DNA from: an uncultured virus (IMG/VR IMGVR_UViG_3300021963_000039)
Taxonomy: Duplodnaviria; Heunggongvirae; Uroviricota; Caudoviricetes
Reading direction: 5' to 3' (one strand)
Virus record (IMG/VR): IMGVR_UViG_3300021963_000039
DNA: 64,000 nt
The notes under the pieces are model-generated. The model was given only the letters and a program-made list of their open reading frames with translations, did not search any database and was not told the origin of the DNA. Shown here one piece after another: positions 36,801-46,166 of the stretch. Within the stretch, counting starts at the first letter, position 1. Each line of letters begins with the position of its first letter. The translations under genes and the position numbers were made by a program.

Positions 36801-39480
36801 CAAATGTCATATCATCAGGAACAGATGATACCACAAAGGTTCCGTTAGATCCTCGATTATCTTCGGCAGAAGTATATGTGCTGTCTGTTATATTTTTAAC
36901 AATAATAATATCACCAACCTGAAGATTATGAGGAAGTTCTGAGATGATCGTTACGGTATTTGCAGTTCTGGTACACTTCGCAATTAAACTTAAGTTTTTA
37001 TTATACTCATAATCAGATTTTGTAATCGATGAAGAAGTAGGATCGTTATTATTACGATATCCCGTAGAACTAGTTTGCTGAATTACAAATCCGTCTTCTG
37101 GATTTTTAGCACCTACGAGTTCTTTGGGAATTACGACTCTAATCTTATAAAGTTTTTCATCCAAACTTCTACTATCGGCAGTTCTCTTGATATAAGAAGG
37201 TTCGGTTCTGTTATCCTCAAATGTGTTTAATGGATTAGTAATTGTGGTATAAATGTCACTACCGGCATTTGTTTTGATGTACCACCGGGACTGAGTTGCG
37301 TCCCATTGAACTGGATGCCCGATATCTCCGGAAATTTTGTCCGATACACGACTTAAAATTCTAAGATTAGTTCCCCCATAAACGGCAATTTCGGTTCCAT
37401 TTAGTGCGGCAGTTGCAGACGATGCAAGTTTAATTGTAGTAGATGAAGACTTAATCGCATAATAAACAGTATTTTCTACAATATGTTCTGGTAGGTCTCC
37501 AACATCACTCAAGATAATAACTTTTTCCCCCGTCACAATATTATGAGTTCCTAAAGTAAATTCATTTGATGATGGAACAGAAGAGACATATTCCTTAACA
37601 GAACTTGAGATACCATCGGACATTAAGATATTTGCCGAGTATGGAGTTCCGTTTGCATCAAAATATAATTTATCATTTAATTTTGCGCCAATTCTATATC
37701 CTTGAGTGAGAATTGGAGGAACATCATCTTGAGAAGTAAATCCAAATAGATATAATCTGGTGTTATTTGCCGCAGATATTGTCTTGGTAACATCGAATTG
37801 AAGCCAATCAATATTATCTTCTTCTCCTACAATTGTTCTTGGATTGATAATTGAGGTAATGAACGCTTTATTATCTTTGGCGAATGCTTCTTTCTTAAAT
37901 CCAGAAGAATTAAGTGAAATCTGCCCGAAGTTGGAGTTTGAGTTGGTGATACTCAAGTCAGCACCAGTTTCGGCATCGAAGTGCTTATTAAAACCAATCG
38001 CAAAGACGGATACAACCTGAATAAAGGCATCATTAGTTGCTTTTATGTGACTTGTTTCCCATCCACTTCTATAAATTGAAAGTGGTTCTAAATGATATGC
38101 TATGTTGGTCGAAGATGAATTACCAGATAAAGATGCTCCTGTTTCTCTGGTTATGGCAATACTATCAGAATAATTACGATTTGTGGGATTATATCTTACA
38201 AATGAGCGATCATCTTTTTGTAGGGATACTCCGGTGAACTGTGCCACAACCATCGAACGAAAACCCGATGCCTTACTGCCATCAGCAAGCATTCCATTCA
38301 TACCATAAACAGAACGCAAGGAAATATTAAAGATGTATGGAGATGCTCCGGTTACGGTATCAGTCTCAATTGTTACAAATGCACTTGATGCATTTCCGGG
38401 TGTGGTTAGATTAAGAGGAAAGTTTGGAAGAAGATATGTAAAAACAGTTGGGTCAGTTTCGCTGATACTCTGAACTTTTGTTGAGATATTATAATTTGCC
38501 GGCGAAACACCACTAATTCTAATTGGTGTTCCTGCGGTGAGTTCGTGAGGTACTGCAGTTTTAACCGTAACCTGACTGTTTGGAGTTCCACCAGATCCAG
38601 ACTCAATAGTGGAAATCTGAATAGGATCAGTAGCAAAGGCACCCACAATCTCCCATTCAGGTCTCTGCTTCTCAAAACCACCGGGATTTTGTGGATACTT
38701 TTGATCGATGTCCCTACTCGACGCAAGATTAAATGCGTTCGAGAGTTTCGCATAGTACATATCAAGGTCAGTAAGACCATAAGAACCTACTTCATTCACA
38801 CCATCGGCATACTCAAAACAGGTGAGTTTGTGGTGAGAAAATGTTGGTATTGATTGATTATTAACTGAAAAATCAGCAGGGTCAGTATATACTGTGCCTT
38901 CTAGGTTTCCATCAAAAATACAGAACTGCCAGAAATAACAGGCACCCGTAATTCTAAAAATTGCCGAGTTTGGAACAGAGGAATCGGTTGGGTTCGGAAC
39001 ATATTTTGGACGGAGTTTAGTCTTTCTTAAATCAAGACCGACAATCGAAGTTCCTCTGGGTACAACAACTCCACCGTGAATACTATTAAACTTATAAAGA
39101 ATATTATCTTCTTGCGTAAGGTCGAATACAGAATTGAGTGTGAGTGATAACGTATTTGAAGCCTGTGATGTTGCTCCGCTTGGTGATATTGCTCTCGCAA
39201 CTCCCCCATCATTAAATACGGAAAAACCTGGACGATTATCAACTGTATGTGCTCCGGGCATCAGGAGAATTGTGGTTTTCTCCACATCATCATTACTATT
39301 TCCTTTCTGATAGGAAAATCTTGCCGCTTCTAGTAAAGAACGTTGAAGTGTTTTGAAGGGCTGCGCCAAAGAATTTCCTTGATTCGAGATTGAATCAGTT
39401 GCATCAAGGTCACTTGGGCTTACATATAAAATTCTCCCTTCCGTGTTTTTTATGAAATTATCAAGTTTATTTAATGGCAC
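33850..39480 (-). CDS. Large tail fibre/structural protein with C-terminal intramolecular chaperone (peptidase S74)
   Basis: SDERLKENI...GVSAQQV..VLPEAV..VQYEKLVPLLIEAIKEL; cyanophage-type N-terminus. Confidence 0.88.
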   Translation of the reverse strand: MPLNKLDNFIKNTEGRILYVSPSDLDATDSISNQGNSLAQPFKTLQRSLLEAARFSYQKGNSNDDVEKTTILLMPGAHTVDNRPGFSVFNDGGVARAISPSGATSQASNTLSLTLNSVFDLTQEDNILYKFNSIHGGVVVPRGTSIVGLDLRKTKLRPKYVPNPTDSSVPNSAIFRITGACYFWQFCIFDGNLEGTVYTDPADFSVNNQSIPTFSHHKLTCFEYADGVNEVGSYGLTDLDMYYAKLSNAFNLASSRDIDQKYPQNPGGFEKQRPEWEIVGAFATDPIQISTIESGSGGTPNSQVTVKTAVPHELTAGTPIRISGVSPANYNISTKVQSISETDPTVFTYLLPNFPLNLTTPGNASSAFVTIETDTVTGASPYIFNISLRSVYGMNGMLADGSKASGFRSMVVAQFTGVSLQKDDRSFVRYNPTNRNYSDSIAITRETGASLSGNSSSTNIAYHLEPLSIYRSGWETSHIKATNDAFIQVVSVFAIGFNKHFDAETGADLSITNSNSNFGQISLNSSGFKKEAFAKDNKAFITSIINPRTIVGEEDNIDWLQFDVTKTISAANNTRLYLFGFTSQDDVPPILTQGYRIGAKLNDKLYFDANGTPYSANILMSDGISSSVKEYVSSVPSSNEFTLGTHNIVTGEKVIILSDVGDLPEHIVENTVYYAIKSSSTTIKLASSATAALNGTEIAVYGGTNLRILSRVSDKISGDIGHPVQWDATQSRWYIKTNAGSDIYTTITNPLNTFEDNRTEPSYIKRTADSRSLDEKLYKIRVVIPKELVGAKNPEDGFVIQQTSSTGYRNNNDPTSSSITKSDYEYNKNLSLIAKCTRTANTVTIISELPHNLQVGDIIIVKNITDSTYTSAEDNRGSNGTFVVSSVPDDMTFGYTTPDSYGSNLVFTNNTTSRTITSPRFERNNLQSNIYSYRNELITPYIEGIQDGVYHIYALISDRAVPTEFTNIKYSQNVVDLYPQLDRDNIHDNPPSAKSFAKRAPLGEVVTNDLKKSITRESINTVLTSFGVGLDISGVSNSTTSATITFARRHGLAGIVTFSTLTGGANYASSSGNQGTFQNVKLLNVSASGTWKGATARVVVSGGGIISADIVSSGSGYTNGESLFFESAALSSTGTQLGNGDSNARYIISTSGITTAIGNVVQFTGDGTTSDTYHRITAVSADNQISIAKTTGDPVVTNSQYAFVLGPSVLITNTTYSSIDSSVGIRTFNCSAPHGLVAGNKFRVIDSSNNNRGDYVVSDKIDIDSFTALTPDIGSVNGGYILKHGLSANGASSDSDAENLGTRSVTFFDKETLVTNSGIGTTTTTVPVSNTYVALTKRFPLGSYIQIDEEIMRVSSSNPTPPSSGTVGISVIRGVLATKQVAHDSGSLVRKIKPIPIEFRRPSIVRASGHTFEYLGYGPGNYSTGLPQVQSITLTEREEFLVQSQERSGGIVVYTGMNNNGDSFIGNRKTSSSTGEEITYDNPIPTVTGEDPSRLSAIFDEVTVKERLVVEGGNSGAVLSQFDGPVTFNKQIKFNDTVNAKNQLKVSNQQDSTSTANGALVVSGGVGVAKNLNVGGTLNVTGATTLSSTLGVTGATTFDGNVTLGDANTDTVTFTAGVNSNILPSTTETYNLGSTIREWNNVYANTFVGALNGAVTGNADTATKLATPREIDISGDVIGVGIGTTFDGSKNVTIDTTLSTTGVIAGTYGSSTTVGIVTVDSKGRITSASNVNITMPVIGGSSNQVIYRDINNALTGSPNLTFDGNNLSVGSDIIAFVSDERLKENIQPLEKALDKVLALNGFTYNFNEIGQSLGFDGKITYVGVSAQQVQAVLPEAVKPAPVDSKYITVQYEKLVPLLIEAIKELKAEINELKGIK

Positions 39481-39519
39481 AGTATTTTAACTCCTACAAC
39501 TATCTGTCTTATCTTTTAT

Positions 39520-39828
39520 TTATGAAGATAAATCCTGCTGTAGAAACTGATAATCCTCATCCGGAAGGTCTTGAGGATTTTCTAAATCCATCTCAAAGAG
39601 TAGTGGATGGGCTTCCTCGTCGATTAAGTAGAATGATTTTTGATATAATATTTCTGGTGATAATGTAAGTTGCTCTTCTGCCATCTTGATTATTTCTGGG
39701 TCATCCTGTACGATTGCTGGCAACTCGTCGAAGGTAAATGGAATACTATTGATATGATAAGTCTTGATAAGAAATCTATCTTCTGGAGTTTTATACCAGT
39801 TGTACGAGTGGGTGATCTTATAAGACAT
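39520..39828 (-). CDS. Conserved cyanophage hypothetical protein
   Basis: Y.IN.IPFTFDEL...YL.DEE.HP.LF motif; late promoter upstream. Confidence 0.7.
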   Translation of the reverse strand: MSYKITHSYNWYKTPEDRFLIKTYHINSIPFTFDELPAIVQDDPEIIKMAEEQLTLSPEILYQKSFYLIDEEAHPLLFEMDLENPQDLPDEDYQFLQQDLSS

Positions 39829-39854
39829 TATTATTGGGCGGTTATGTCTTATAT

Positions 39855-40322
39855 TTATTTTTTGTTTTTACCCCTATAAGTATCAGTCTGTGCGTGACAG
39901 TTGGGGCATAGGATACGAAGGTTTTCTAAACGATTATCGTGATGGTTGCCATTTATATGGTCTAATTCTATGGGCGCTGGTTTCTCATTCCATTCAGTTA
40001 TACCACAAAACTCGCACTTATGTTCTTTGAGACCTTCTGCTAATAAACGATTTTTAAGTTTATGAGATAGAATTGGAAATTCATTAGATAGATATTCTTT
40101 TATATTTCTTTTTGGTCCAAATACCTTTCCTTTATTCCACCCTTTTGGATCAATAAAATGATCTATTGATATGTTAAGTTCTTTTATCCTATTGTGAAAA
40201 CATTTGTAATTTCCACCCGCTGCCTTTAAATTTAATTTTAATAGAACTTCTCTAATTGATTGAGAGGTTTTAATTGCCTCAACAAACTCATTATCTGTTG
40301 ATTTATATCCGTTTTTTAACAT
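39855..40322 (-). CDS. HNH endonuclease next to the tRNA genes
   Basis: KCEFCG, ELDHINGNHHDNRLENLRILCPNCH. Confidence 0.9.
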   Translation of the reverse strand: MLKNGYKSTDNEFVEAIKTSQSIREVLLKLNLKAAGGNYKCFHNRIKELNISIDHFIDPKGWNKGKVFGPKRNIKEYLSNEFPILSHKLKNRLLAEGLKEHKCEFCGITEWNEKPAPIELDHINGNHHDNRLENLRILCPNCHAQTDTYRGKNKK

Positions 40323-40324
40323 TT

Positions 40325-40363
40325 AAGTAAACATAACTATTATTATTTATAATATGTTTACTT
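40325..40363 (-). promoter_or_regulatory. Late promoter inside a start-sequestering hairpin
   Basis: AAGTAAACATA...TATAAATA...TATGTTTACTT-aa-ATG; 11-bp inverted repeat. Confidence 0.7.
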
Positions 40364-40367
40364 TTTA

Positions 40368-40442
40368 TAGCGGTGATGGGATTCGAACCCATACTGTCGA
40401 AATTTTAAGTTTCGTGCCTGCTGCCAGTTGGGCTACACCGCC
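40368..40442 (-). tRNA. tRNA-Leu(UAA), short variable loop
   Basis: GGCGGTG/CACCGCT acceptor, CGAAA-CT TAA AA-TTTCG anticodon arm, GGTTCGAATCC T arm. Confidence 0.85.
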
Positions 40443-40481
40443 GATAAGACCATAATAACTCAAAGAGTCCTTATAGTCAAG

Positions 40482-40554
40482 TGCTCGTTACTGGGATCGA
40501 ACCAGTCTTACAGATCTTATGAGGATCGAGCTTTCACCAGAGAGCTAAACGAGC
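40482..40554 (-). tRNA. tRNA with CAU anticodon (elongator Met or Ile2)
   Basis: GCTCGTT/AACGAGC acceptor, GATC-CT CAT AA-GATC, GGTTCGATCCC. Confidence 0.8.
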
Positions 40555-40557
40555 AAA

Positions 40558-40645
40558 TACGAGTGGATGGTTACGATCCATCTCAAAGGCCCTAATCTGG
40601 GGCAAAGAGTTTATAAGACTCCCCTGACTACCAAGTCTCACTCGC
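40558..40645 (-). tRNA. Atypical tRNA-like RNA, anticodon UAU, long variable arm
   Basis: GCGAGTG/CACTCGT acceptor, GACT-TGGT-AGTC D arm, GGAGT-CT TAT AA-ACTCT, ~22-nt variable arm, GATGG-ATCGTAA-CCATC T arm. Confidence 0.65.
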
Positions 40646-40683
40646 ATAAAAGTTGCCTTAAAGCAACTTATAAGACTCATAGG

Positions 40684-40866
40684 TCAACAACCTTCTTCGT
40701 GATCGGTGTGTATTCGTACAAGGTCGTCTTCTTCCTTGTACTCACCATAAGGAATTAACATAGCATCTCCGTTGTCGCTTTTAATCAAGAAGGACTCGCC
40801 ATTCTCTACTCTTTCTAGTAGATTATCGAAGTCTTCTTGAAATTCTTCTACCGTAAACATTTCCAT
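40684..40866 (-). CDS. Phd/YefM antitoxin-like small protein
   Basis: TVEEFQEDFDNLLERVENGESFLI....G.AMLIPY fits the Phd/YefM pattern. Confidence 0.55.
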   Translation of the reverse strand: MEMFTVEEFQEDFDNLLERVENGESFLIKSDNGDAMLIPYGEYKEEDDLVRIHTDHEEGC

Positions 40867-40869
40867 TTG

Positions 40870-41055
40870 TCAAAGAGGACTAGTATATGCGAGGCAATCA
40901 TCACTTACCTGATTGCGAACAACTTCCAGTACATTCATAAACTGGTTCATACTTTGACACTCAACGGTTCGTTCGCCACCTTCACTTGAGTAAAGATAAA
41001 ACTTACGAGCGAGAGTATCAACGACACAGCGGGTCAGGACTTCTTCAGCGGGCAT
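40870..41055 (-). CDS. Conserved cyanophage hypothetical protein
   Basis: First gene after a sigma70 promoter. Confidence 0.65.
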   Translation of the reverse strand: MPAEEVLTRCVVDTLARKFYLYSSEGGERTVECQSMNQFMNVLEVVRNQVSDDCLAYTSPL

Positions 41056-41083
41056 CAGGAGCGGTTCTTTTGATTACCTTCGT

Positions 41084-41112
41084 ATTATAGGGCATTATGG
41101 GGCAGGTGTCAA
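41084..41112 (-). promoter_or_regulatory. Consensus sigma70 promoter for the small-ORF/tRNA operon
   Basis: TTGACA-17 nt-TATAAT. Confidence 0.85.
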
Positions 41113-41546
41113 GGGGATGGGATGCTTAAACTGTAAATATCATCAAGATGCCCAGCTGTCAATAAATTATTAAACTCTTCCACATCATCATTAGTGAAAG
41201 TTCCAGTGCCGAAAATGGCACTCATACTGGATTGGATGGCAAAAGTATTGGGGCGACCTGCTTTTGCATCACCAATCAAAGCGATAAACTCGGTGGCAAG
41301 AGTATTCATCGGCAAACTGGTGAAACTCTGTGTGCGAATGGAGGCATATACATTACTGGTTAAAAGAGCATTCCAGAAGGCGATGTAATTGGGAGGAGAC
41401 GGCGGTGGGGCAGGAGCGGGTAAAGGAGTGTTGCCCTCATCGAGCCAGTCTAAATATTCCCTGTAGTCTCGATTGCGGGGGTCATTAGGGATGAACGCAC
41501 AATCAGAGAGGCGCTTGATATTGGTGCTTGTGGTTAGTTGATACAT
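41109..41546 (-). CDS. Tail-fibre-associated protein
   Basis: FIPNDPRNRDYREYL.WL.EGNTP motif seen downstream of fibre genes. Confidence 0.6.
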   Translation of the reverse strand: MYQLTTSTNIKRLSDCAFIPNDPRNRDYREYLDWLDEGNTPLPAPAPPPSPPNYIAFWNALLTSNVYASIRTQSFTSLPMNTLATEFIALIGDAKAGRPNTFAIQSSMSAIFGTGTFTNDDVEEFNNLLTAGHLDDIYSLSIPSP

Positions 41547-41552
41547 GGATGA

Positions 41553-42812
41553 TTACAGTTCGGCGGTGGCAGTAAGACTCTGAAGTTGAGCAGCAAGATT
41601 TCCCCAACTTTGCAAAGCTATAGTTACTCCATCTGTAGTAACTGAGTCAAAAGTTACAGAAGGAGTTCCACTACTACTTACAGTTGCCGTGCATGTAGGA
41701 ACTATCCGCATAGATTGCTTGAACATAACGTTACATTTTCCATTTGGATCGTTCGTGGATGCCGGAAAGAACCAATACCCCTGTCCAGACGCCGAATAAT
41801 AATACCTTTCACATAATTTACGTTCTATTGTTCTTGGACGCAGTTCAAAAGATGACGCAACCGGACCCGGCTCCAATTGTATTTGAGCGATGTCATAATA
41901 CCCATTCGCAATAAAACTATTATTCATATTTTGCATTTCCGTCAAGGTCTGTTCCGTACCTTCAAATCCTGAAGGACGAGAACCTGAATAAGCATTACCA
42001 TGTCTTCTCCATTCACTCAAAGACCATGCTGGTTTTATATCAATTTGGAAGAGCCAATCAACTAATGGAAGAGTTGCAGACTCTCCGATTGGAGTATATG
42101 TTGGATTAGTTAAACTTACATCAACTGTACTAGGATTATATCCGGCAGCAATCACCTGCGAATATGTTGGCATAGTATAAGTATGAGTGAACTTTTGCCA
42201 AGTCGTCGTAAGATCAAATGTTTTACATATCGTAGGAGTCCAAACTGGAGATGTTAAAGAGTGTATTTGTTGTTCTGAAAGTATTTTTGTAGAAGTCGAT
42301 GCCCGGGCCCAGAATGAAAGAGTTAATGTTTTCCCTAGCACAGAAAACGCATTTTCAATTCCTTGAATTGCCAATACTGAAGATGCACTATCATTCACTA
42401 AAGTATTGAGATTTGTACCAAAATTAACATTAGTATGAGTTAATCTTTGATAGAAACTTGCGTTAAAATAAGAAAATTCAGTTGAAGTACAATTTCGTTG
42501 TGAGACTGTGAATGATCCAGATGGTGAGTATGATGGTGCTGATGGATTTATACCTGACGCCCATCTATCAGATACACGGAAGGGTCCAACTACTCCCACA
42601 GTGCCAGTATTTGTAGTACCTCGTTGCCAGATATCAAAGTTTCCGTTTATGGCTAAGTTACGAAATCCTGCTAATGGTCCGCCATTAAGAGAAATCGAAT
42701 CAATACTAGTTGTTGCTCCAATACCAAATCTTGCGGATTCATTCGCAATTGCCAATAAAGTGTTTGGTCCCTGAGCGGTAGCGTCATCAATATAATAATA
42801 ATTTTTTGCCAT
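41553..42812 (-). CDS. Tail fibre / carbohydrate-binding structural protein
   Basis: GFRNLAINGNFDIWQRG, TLSFWA, QLE.G.VA.SFE.R...E...C.RYY motifs. Confidence 0.7.
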   Translation of the reverse strand: MAKNYYYIDDATAQGPNTLLAIANESARFGIGATTSIDSISLNGGPLAGFRNLAINGNFDIWQRGTTNTGTVGVVGPFRVSDRWASGINPSAPSYSPSGSFTVSQRNCTSTEFSYFNASFYQRLTHTNVNFGTNLNTLVNDSASSVLAIQGIENAFSVLGKTLTLSFWARASTSTKILSEQQIHSLTSPVWTPTICKTFDLTTTWQKFTHTYTMPTYSQVIAAGYNPSTVDVSLTNPTYTPIGESATLPLVDWLFQIDIKPAWSLSEWRRHGNAYSGSRPSGFEGTEQTLTEMQNMNNSFIANGYYDIAQIQLEPGPVASSFELRPRTIERKLCERYYYSASGQGYWFFPASTNDPNGKCNVMFKQSMRIVPTCTATVSSSGTPSVTFDSVTTDGVTIALQSWGNLAAQLQSLTATAEL

Positions 42813-42824
42813 TAAAATTTCCTC

Positions 42825-43538
42825 CTACTTATTAATACTGTAAATTGTATTATCGCCTGGATAATCATTAATTGAAGTTCCCTCATATTCAACGATTAAT
42901 TTTTCACCGTCTATTCTTTCGGCACAAATGTAATAAAAACAGTCAATTGGCAAACCTTCTTTAGACTGTAAATATACTTTATCTTCATTCCATGTATTTA
43001 CAATCACATCTTGATGAGATCCTATAGAAGTTAAATTTACAGTAATACTATCAATATCCACAAGATCTTTCCAATAATTAGGCAAATCAATTTCAGTTTT
43101 ATTTTTGATTCTTCCTCTAAAGTAAACTCCAGATTCGGGACCCTCTAAGCAAACATGGCGAAGTCTCCATCCTTTTTTATTTGGATGAGGAATATCAAAA
43201 GGTTTTCTTGAGGTTAGAGTAGTACCACTAGCTGTAACTTGTGTTTGCGAAACAATTTGCCCGTCTGCGTTAATATTTCCATCCACACTAATATCACCAC
43301 TTACATTAGTATCCCCCTCTACATTAACATCTATTTTAACATTCACACTCTTCTTAACATTCACATTACCATCAGTATTAATATCAGGAGTAATGAGTTC
43401 TTTTGGATTTTTGATTACATTCAGAGTTCCATAAAGATTAGAAGCGGCACCATTTCCGGGATAAACTTCAAGACCCTGCCAGCAAACTGGAGGTTGATTA
43501 AAGTTTATTGAATTATCTAGATATGTCTTGTCTGCCAT
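42825..43538 (-). CDS. Baseplate spike-region structural protein
   Basis: Beta-repeat segment then KPFDIPHP.KKGWRLRHVCLEGPE.GVY.RG; downstream of gp5. Confidence 0.65.
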   Translation of the reverse strand: MADKTYLDNSINFNQPPVCWQGLEVYPGNGAASNLYGTLNVIKNPKELITPDINTDGNVNVKKSVNVKIDVNVEGDTNVSGDISVDGNINADGQIVSQTQVTASGTTLTSRKPFDIPHPNKKGWRLRHVCLEGPESGVYFRGRIKNKTEIDLPNYWKDLVDIDSITVNLTSIGSHQDVIVNTWNEDKVYLQSKEGLPIDCFYYICAERIDGEKLIVEYEGTSINDYPGDNTIYSINK

Positions 43539-43542
43539 ATGA

Positions 43543-44106
43543 CTATGCTATCGCCCCGTATTGAACCGTACCACCGGCATGGAAAGTGTTTGCAATATTA
43601 TCGGCACCGCAGGGAGAATTGGCAGGAAATATTTTTTCTCCGGTAGAGGTTCCTTTAGGAGCAAGATTACCAGTCTTTGCTACACAATCTGCCTGATTTG
43701 ATTGAATTACAAAACGAGAACCGGCCTTAATATTTACATTTCTACCTGCGGTCAAATTAATATTTTCATCGGCATCAATAATGATATTTTTTCCTCGGAT
43801 TTTGATATTACCATTTTTTTCTGCCGTGATTGTTATATCGCCATTCTTACCGGTAATTAGAATATCCACTCCTCCACCAGAATTTTTTTGCCCTGCAGTA
43901 ATTTGAATTGAGCGATCATTAGAAATCTTAAACGTTCCACTGCCATCACTTAAACTCTGTATATTAATATCCTTGTCGGTGGTAACACAGTATGTAGTAT
44001 AAACATCAGGACCATCCAATCCTAACTGTGGATTTTTAACATCTGTTCCGTAGTCAGGTCCCCGTTTCCAATAAGTTCTTCCTTCCCAATTTGCTTCTCT
44101 AGTCAT
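43543..44106 (-). CDS. gp5 C-terminal (beta-helix)-like baseplate spike protein
   Basis: Repetitive beta pattern GDITITAEKNGNIKIRGKNIIIDADENINL; adjacent to gp5. Confidence 0.55.
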   Translation of the reverse strand: MTREANWEGRTYWKRGPDYGTDVKNPQLGLDGPDVYTTYCVTTDKDINIQSLSDGSGTFKISNDRSIQITAGQKNSGGGVDILITGKNGDITITAEKNGNIKIRGKNIIIDADENINLTAGRNVNIKAGSRFVIQSNQADCVAKTGNLAPKGTSTGEKIFPANSPCGADNIANTFHAGGTVQYGAIA

Positions 44107-44108
44107 TT

Positions 44109-46166
44109 TTATACCACACAATCAATAACTTGTTTTATTTCACCCTGGAATGAAGTTCTAAATCCAAATACTGGTTTTAATTTTGCTCCAGAACCAGTTT
44201 TACTTACCACTCTAAGTATTGGTAAATCTGTAATGTCACTAATATTTATTGGAGTAATGCTAACAATTGATCCATTATCAATTACAACATCATATTCATT
44301 TCCAAAGTTGTCAGTTATGGTATCTCCTGATTGATAATTGTATCCGGGATTTAGAATTAAAACATTAGAAATCGTGATATTCTGTTGGTCTGGGGTTGTA
44401 GTATCAGTACCACCAGTACCACCATCAGTACCAATAATATCACCAACTTGTGGTTGGTTTCCTAATGTATAACCTTCACCATCAGAATTCATTACAATTG
44501 CCACAACCTGCCCGTTCTCGATGATAGATTGAGCCACGGCACCATATCCTTTTCCACAATTATCAGTAATTGATACGAATGGTGGATAGTTATAACCAGA
44601 ACCGCCGGATGTAAGAATTGCTCCAATAATACTTCCGGTATCTCCACTAATTGATCCAAAGATTGGAAGTGCCGATGCCCCAATACCACCGCCACCAAAA
44701 ATATTAATCGATGGAGGATTACATACTGTTGGTATTCCACCAAAACAATTACTCAATCCACTACCAATAAAGTTCGGGTCACTAATTGCGGGATTTAAGA
44801 AATCGAGAGGTCCTATGATACTTTCAAGGGGTGATAATGGATTTTCGGTCACCGTATCTACAATTGATTTAGCATTATTTGCAAGATCCAAAATAGCATT
44901 TATATCAAACGATGAGGATTGAATTGGTCCATAACCAATCATCCATTTCTCAACACCAAGATCCGGTTCTTCTTCTCCACAATTGAGTGACGTTGGAATA
45001 CCAAGAAGACCTCCGGCAAGTTCTCTTATAGAATCTTCAAGATTAAAATTACTAAAACTTAAGATAAAAGAAAGTGCTCCAAGAACAGCGGACATTCCTG
45101 CTATGATTAAATCAATAATTCCGTTGAGTAATCCTCCAAGAAATTGGTCGATGACGCAAGACACAACATTCGCAACATTCTTCAACAAGGCACAGACCAT
45201 ATCACTTATAAGTCCACCAAGACTTTCTATAATACTCGCAATTAAACAGGGAATTAGTTTTTGTAATTGTTTTATGGGTTCAATTGTTGCCTTCTGCGCT
45301 TCTACTCCCACTAAATGTGACGTAGATTCACCTTGCGATTGTGCCGCCGCTTTTGCTGTGTCATATACTTGTGCCACACCTTGTTGTAAAGCTGGTTCTA
45401 ATTTCTCATAAGTACCATTCACAACTCCTGAAACTATTTCCGTGCTAATCCCCTGTATTTTTTGAGAGATCTGTTCGCATAATTCTTCGACTCTAGCATC
45501 AATCCATTCTTGTGCCAGATTTGGAAATGATTTTAGGTCCTGTAGATACTTAATCGCATTTTCCAGTTCTGTGGAAATTTTTTCCATCTTGGAACCGGGT
45601 TTTGTTGTCGCAAATTGGATTATATCTCCATCTCCACCAAACTGAGGAAGTGCGCCAATACTATTTGCAATTTGTGGTGGTAGAGGACTAGGAGTTGTTT
45701 GTGCCGTTCTTGTCTGTTCGTTTGTTTGGTCCGGTACTATTCTAGAACCATCATTTGCAATTCGTGTGGTGTATCCGGTAAAAGGAACGAATGGAAATTT
45801 ATATTCTTCATCTGTGTATTGACTTGTTCTTCCAAAACACCCTGCGATCACGGGGATTTGAGCGTTATCTCCGTCTAGAAAAAATCCAAATACAACATCA
45901 CTCGGTCTTACTGTATGACTTGTTGCATATTGAGATGCGCCAGATCCAGCAGATGTGGATAAAAGAATTTGAGCCCAGGGAAGATCTTCATTTGGTAATT
46001 CATTTACGTCTTCTGGGTGGTATCCTAGAATACGAACCTTAACTCTATTTCCCCATCCATCTTTATTGAGTTGCTCCTGAACTTCTTTCGGCGCAACCTG
46101 CCCTATCCACCAACGGAATCCGTCTCTACCAATAAAATGACTTTGAAGTAGTGATTGATCTAACAT
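44109..46166 (-). CDS. gp5: Baseplate hub subunit gp5 (OB-fold N-terminus)
   Basis: FRWWIGQV, RVKVRILGYH, LPWA, VFGFFLDG..AQ.PVI.G. Confidence 0.85.
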   Translation of the reverse strand: MLDQSLLQSHFIGRDGFRWWIGQVAPKEVQEQLNKDGWGNRVKVRILGYHPEDVNELPNEDLPWAQILLSTSAGSGASQYATSHTVRPSDVVFGFFLDGDNAQIPVIAGCFGRTSQYTDEEYKFPFVPFTGYTTRIANDGSRIVPDQTNEQTRTAQTTPSPLPPQIANSIGALPQFGGDGDIIQFATTKPGSKMEKISTELENAIKYLQDLKSFPNLAQEWIDARVEELCEQISQKIQGISTEIVSGVVNGTYEKLEPALQQGVAQVYDTAKAAAQSQGESTSHLVGVEAQKATIEPIKQLQKLIPCLIASIIESLGGLISDMVCALLKNVANVVSCVIDQFLGGLLNGIIDLIIAGMSAVLGALSFILSFSNFNLEDSIRELAGGLLGIPTSLNCGEEEPDLGVEKWMIGYGPIQSSSFDINAILDLANNAKSIVDTVTENPLSPLESIIGPLDFLNPAISDPNFIGSGLSNCFGGIPTVCNPPSINIFGGGGIGASALPIFGSISGDTGSIIGAILTSGGSGYNYPPFVSITDNCGKGYGAVAQSIIENGQVVAIVMNSDGEGYTLGNQPQVGDIIGTDGGTGGTDTTTPDQQNITISNVLILNPGYNYQSGDTITDNFGNEYDVVIDNGSIVSITPINISDITDLPILRVVSKTGSGAKLKPVFGFRTSFQGEIKQVIDCVV

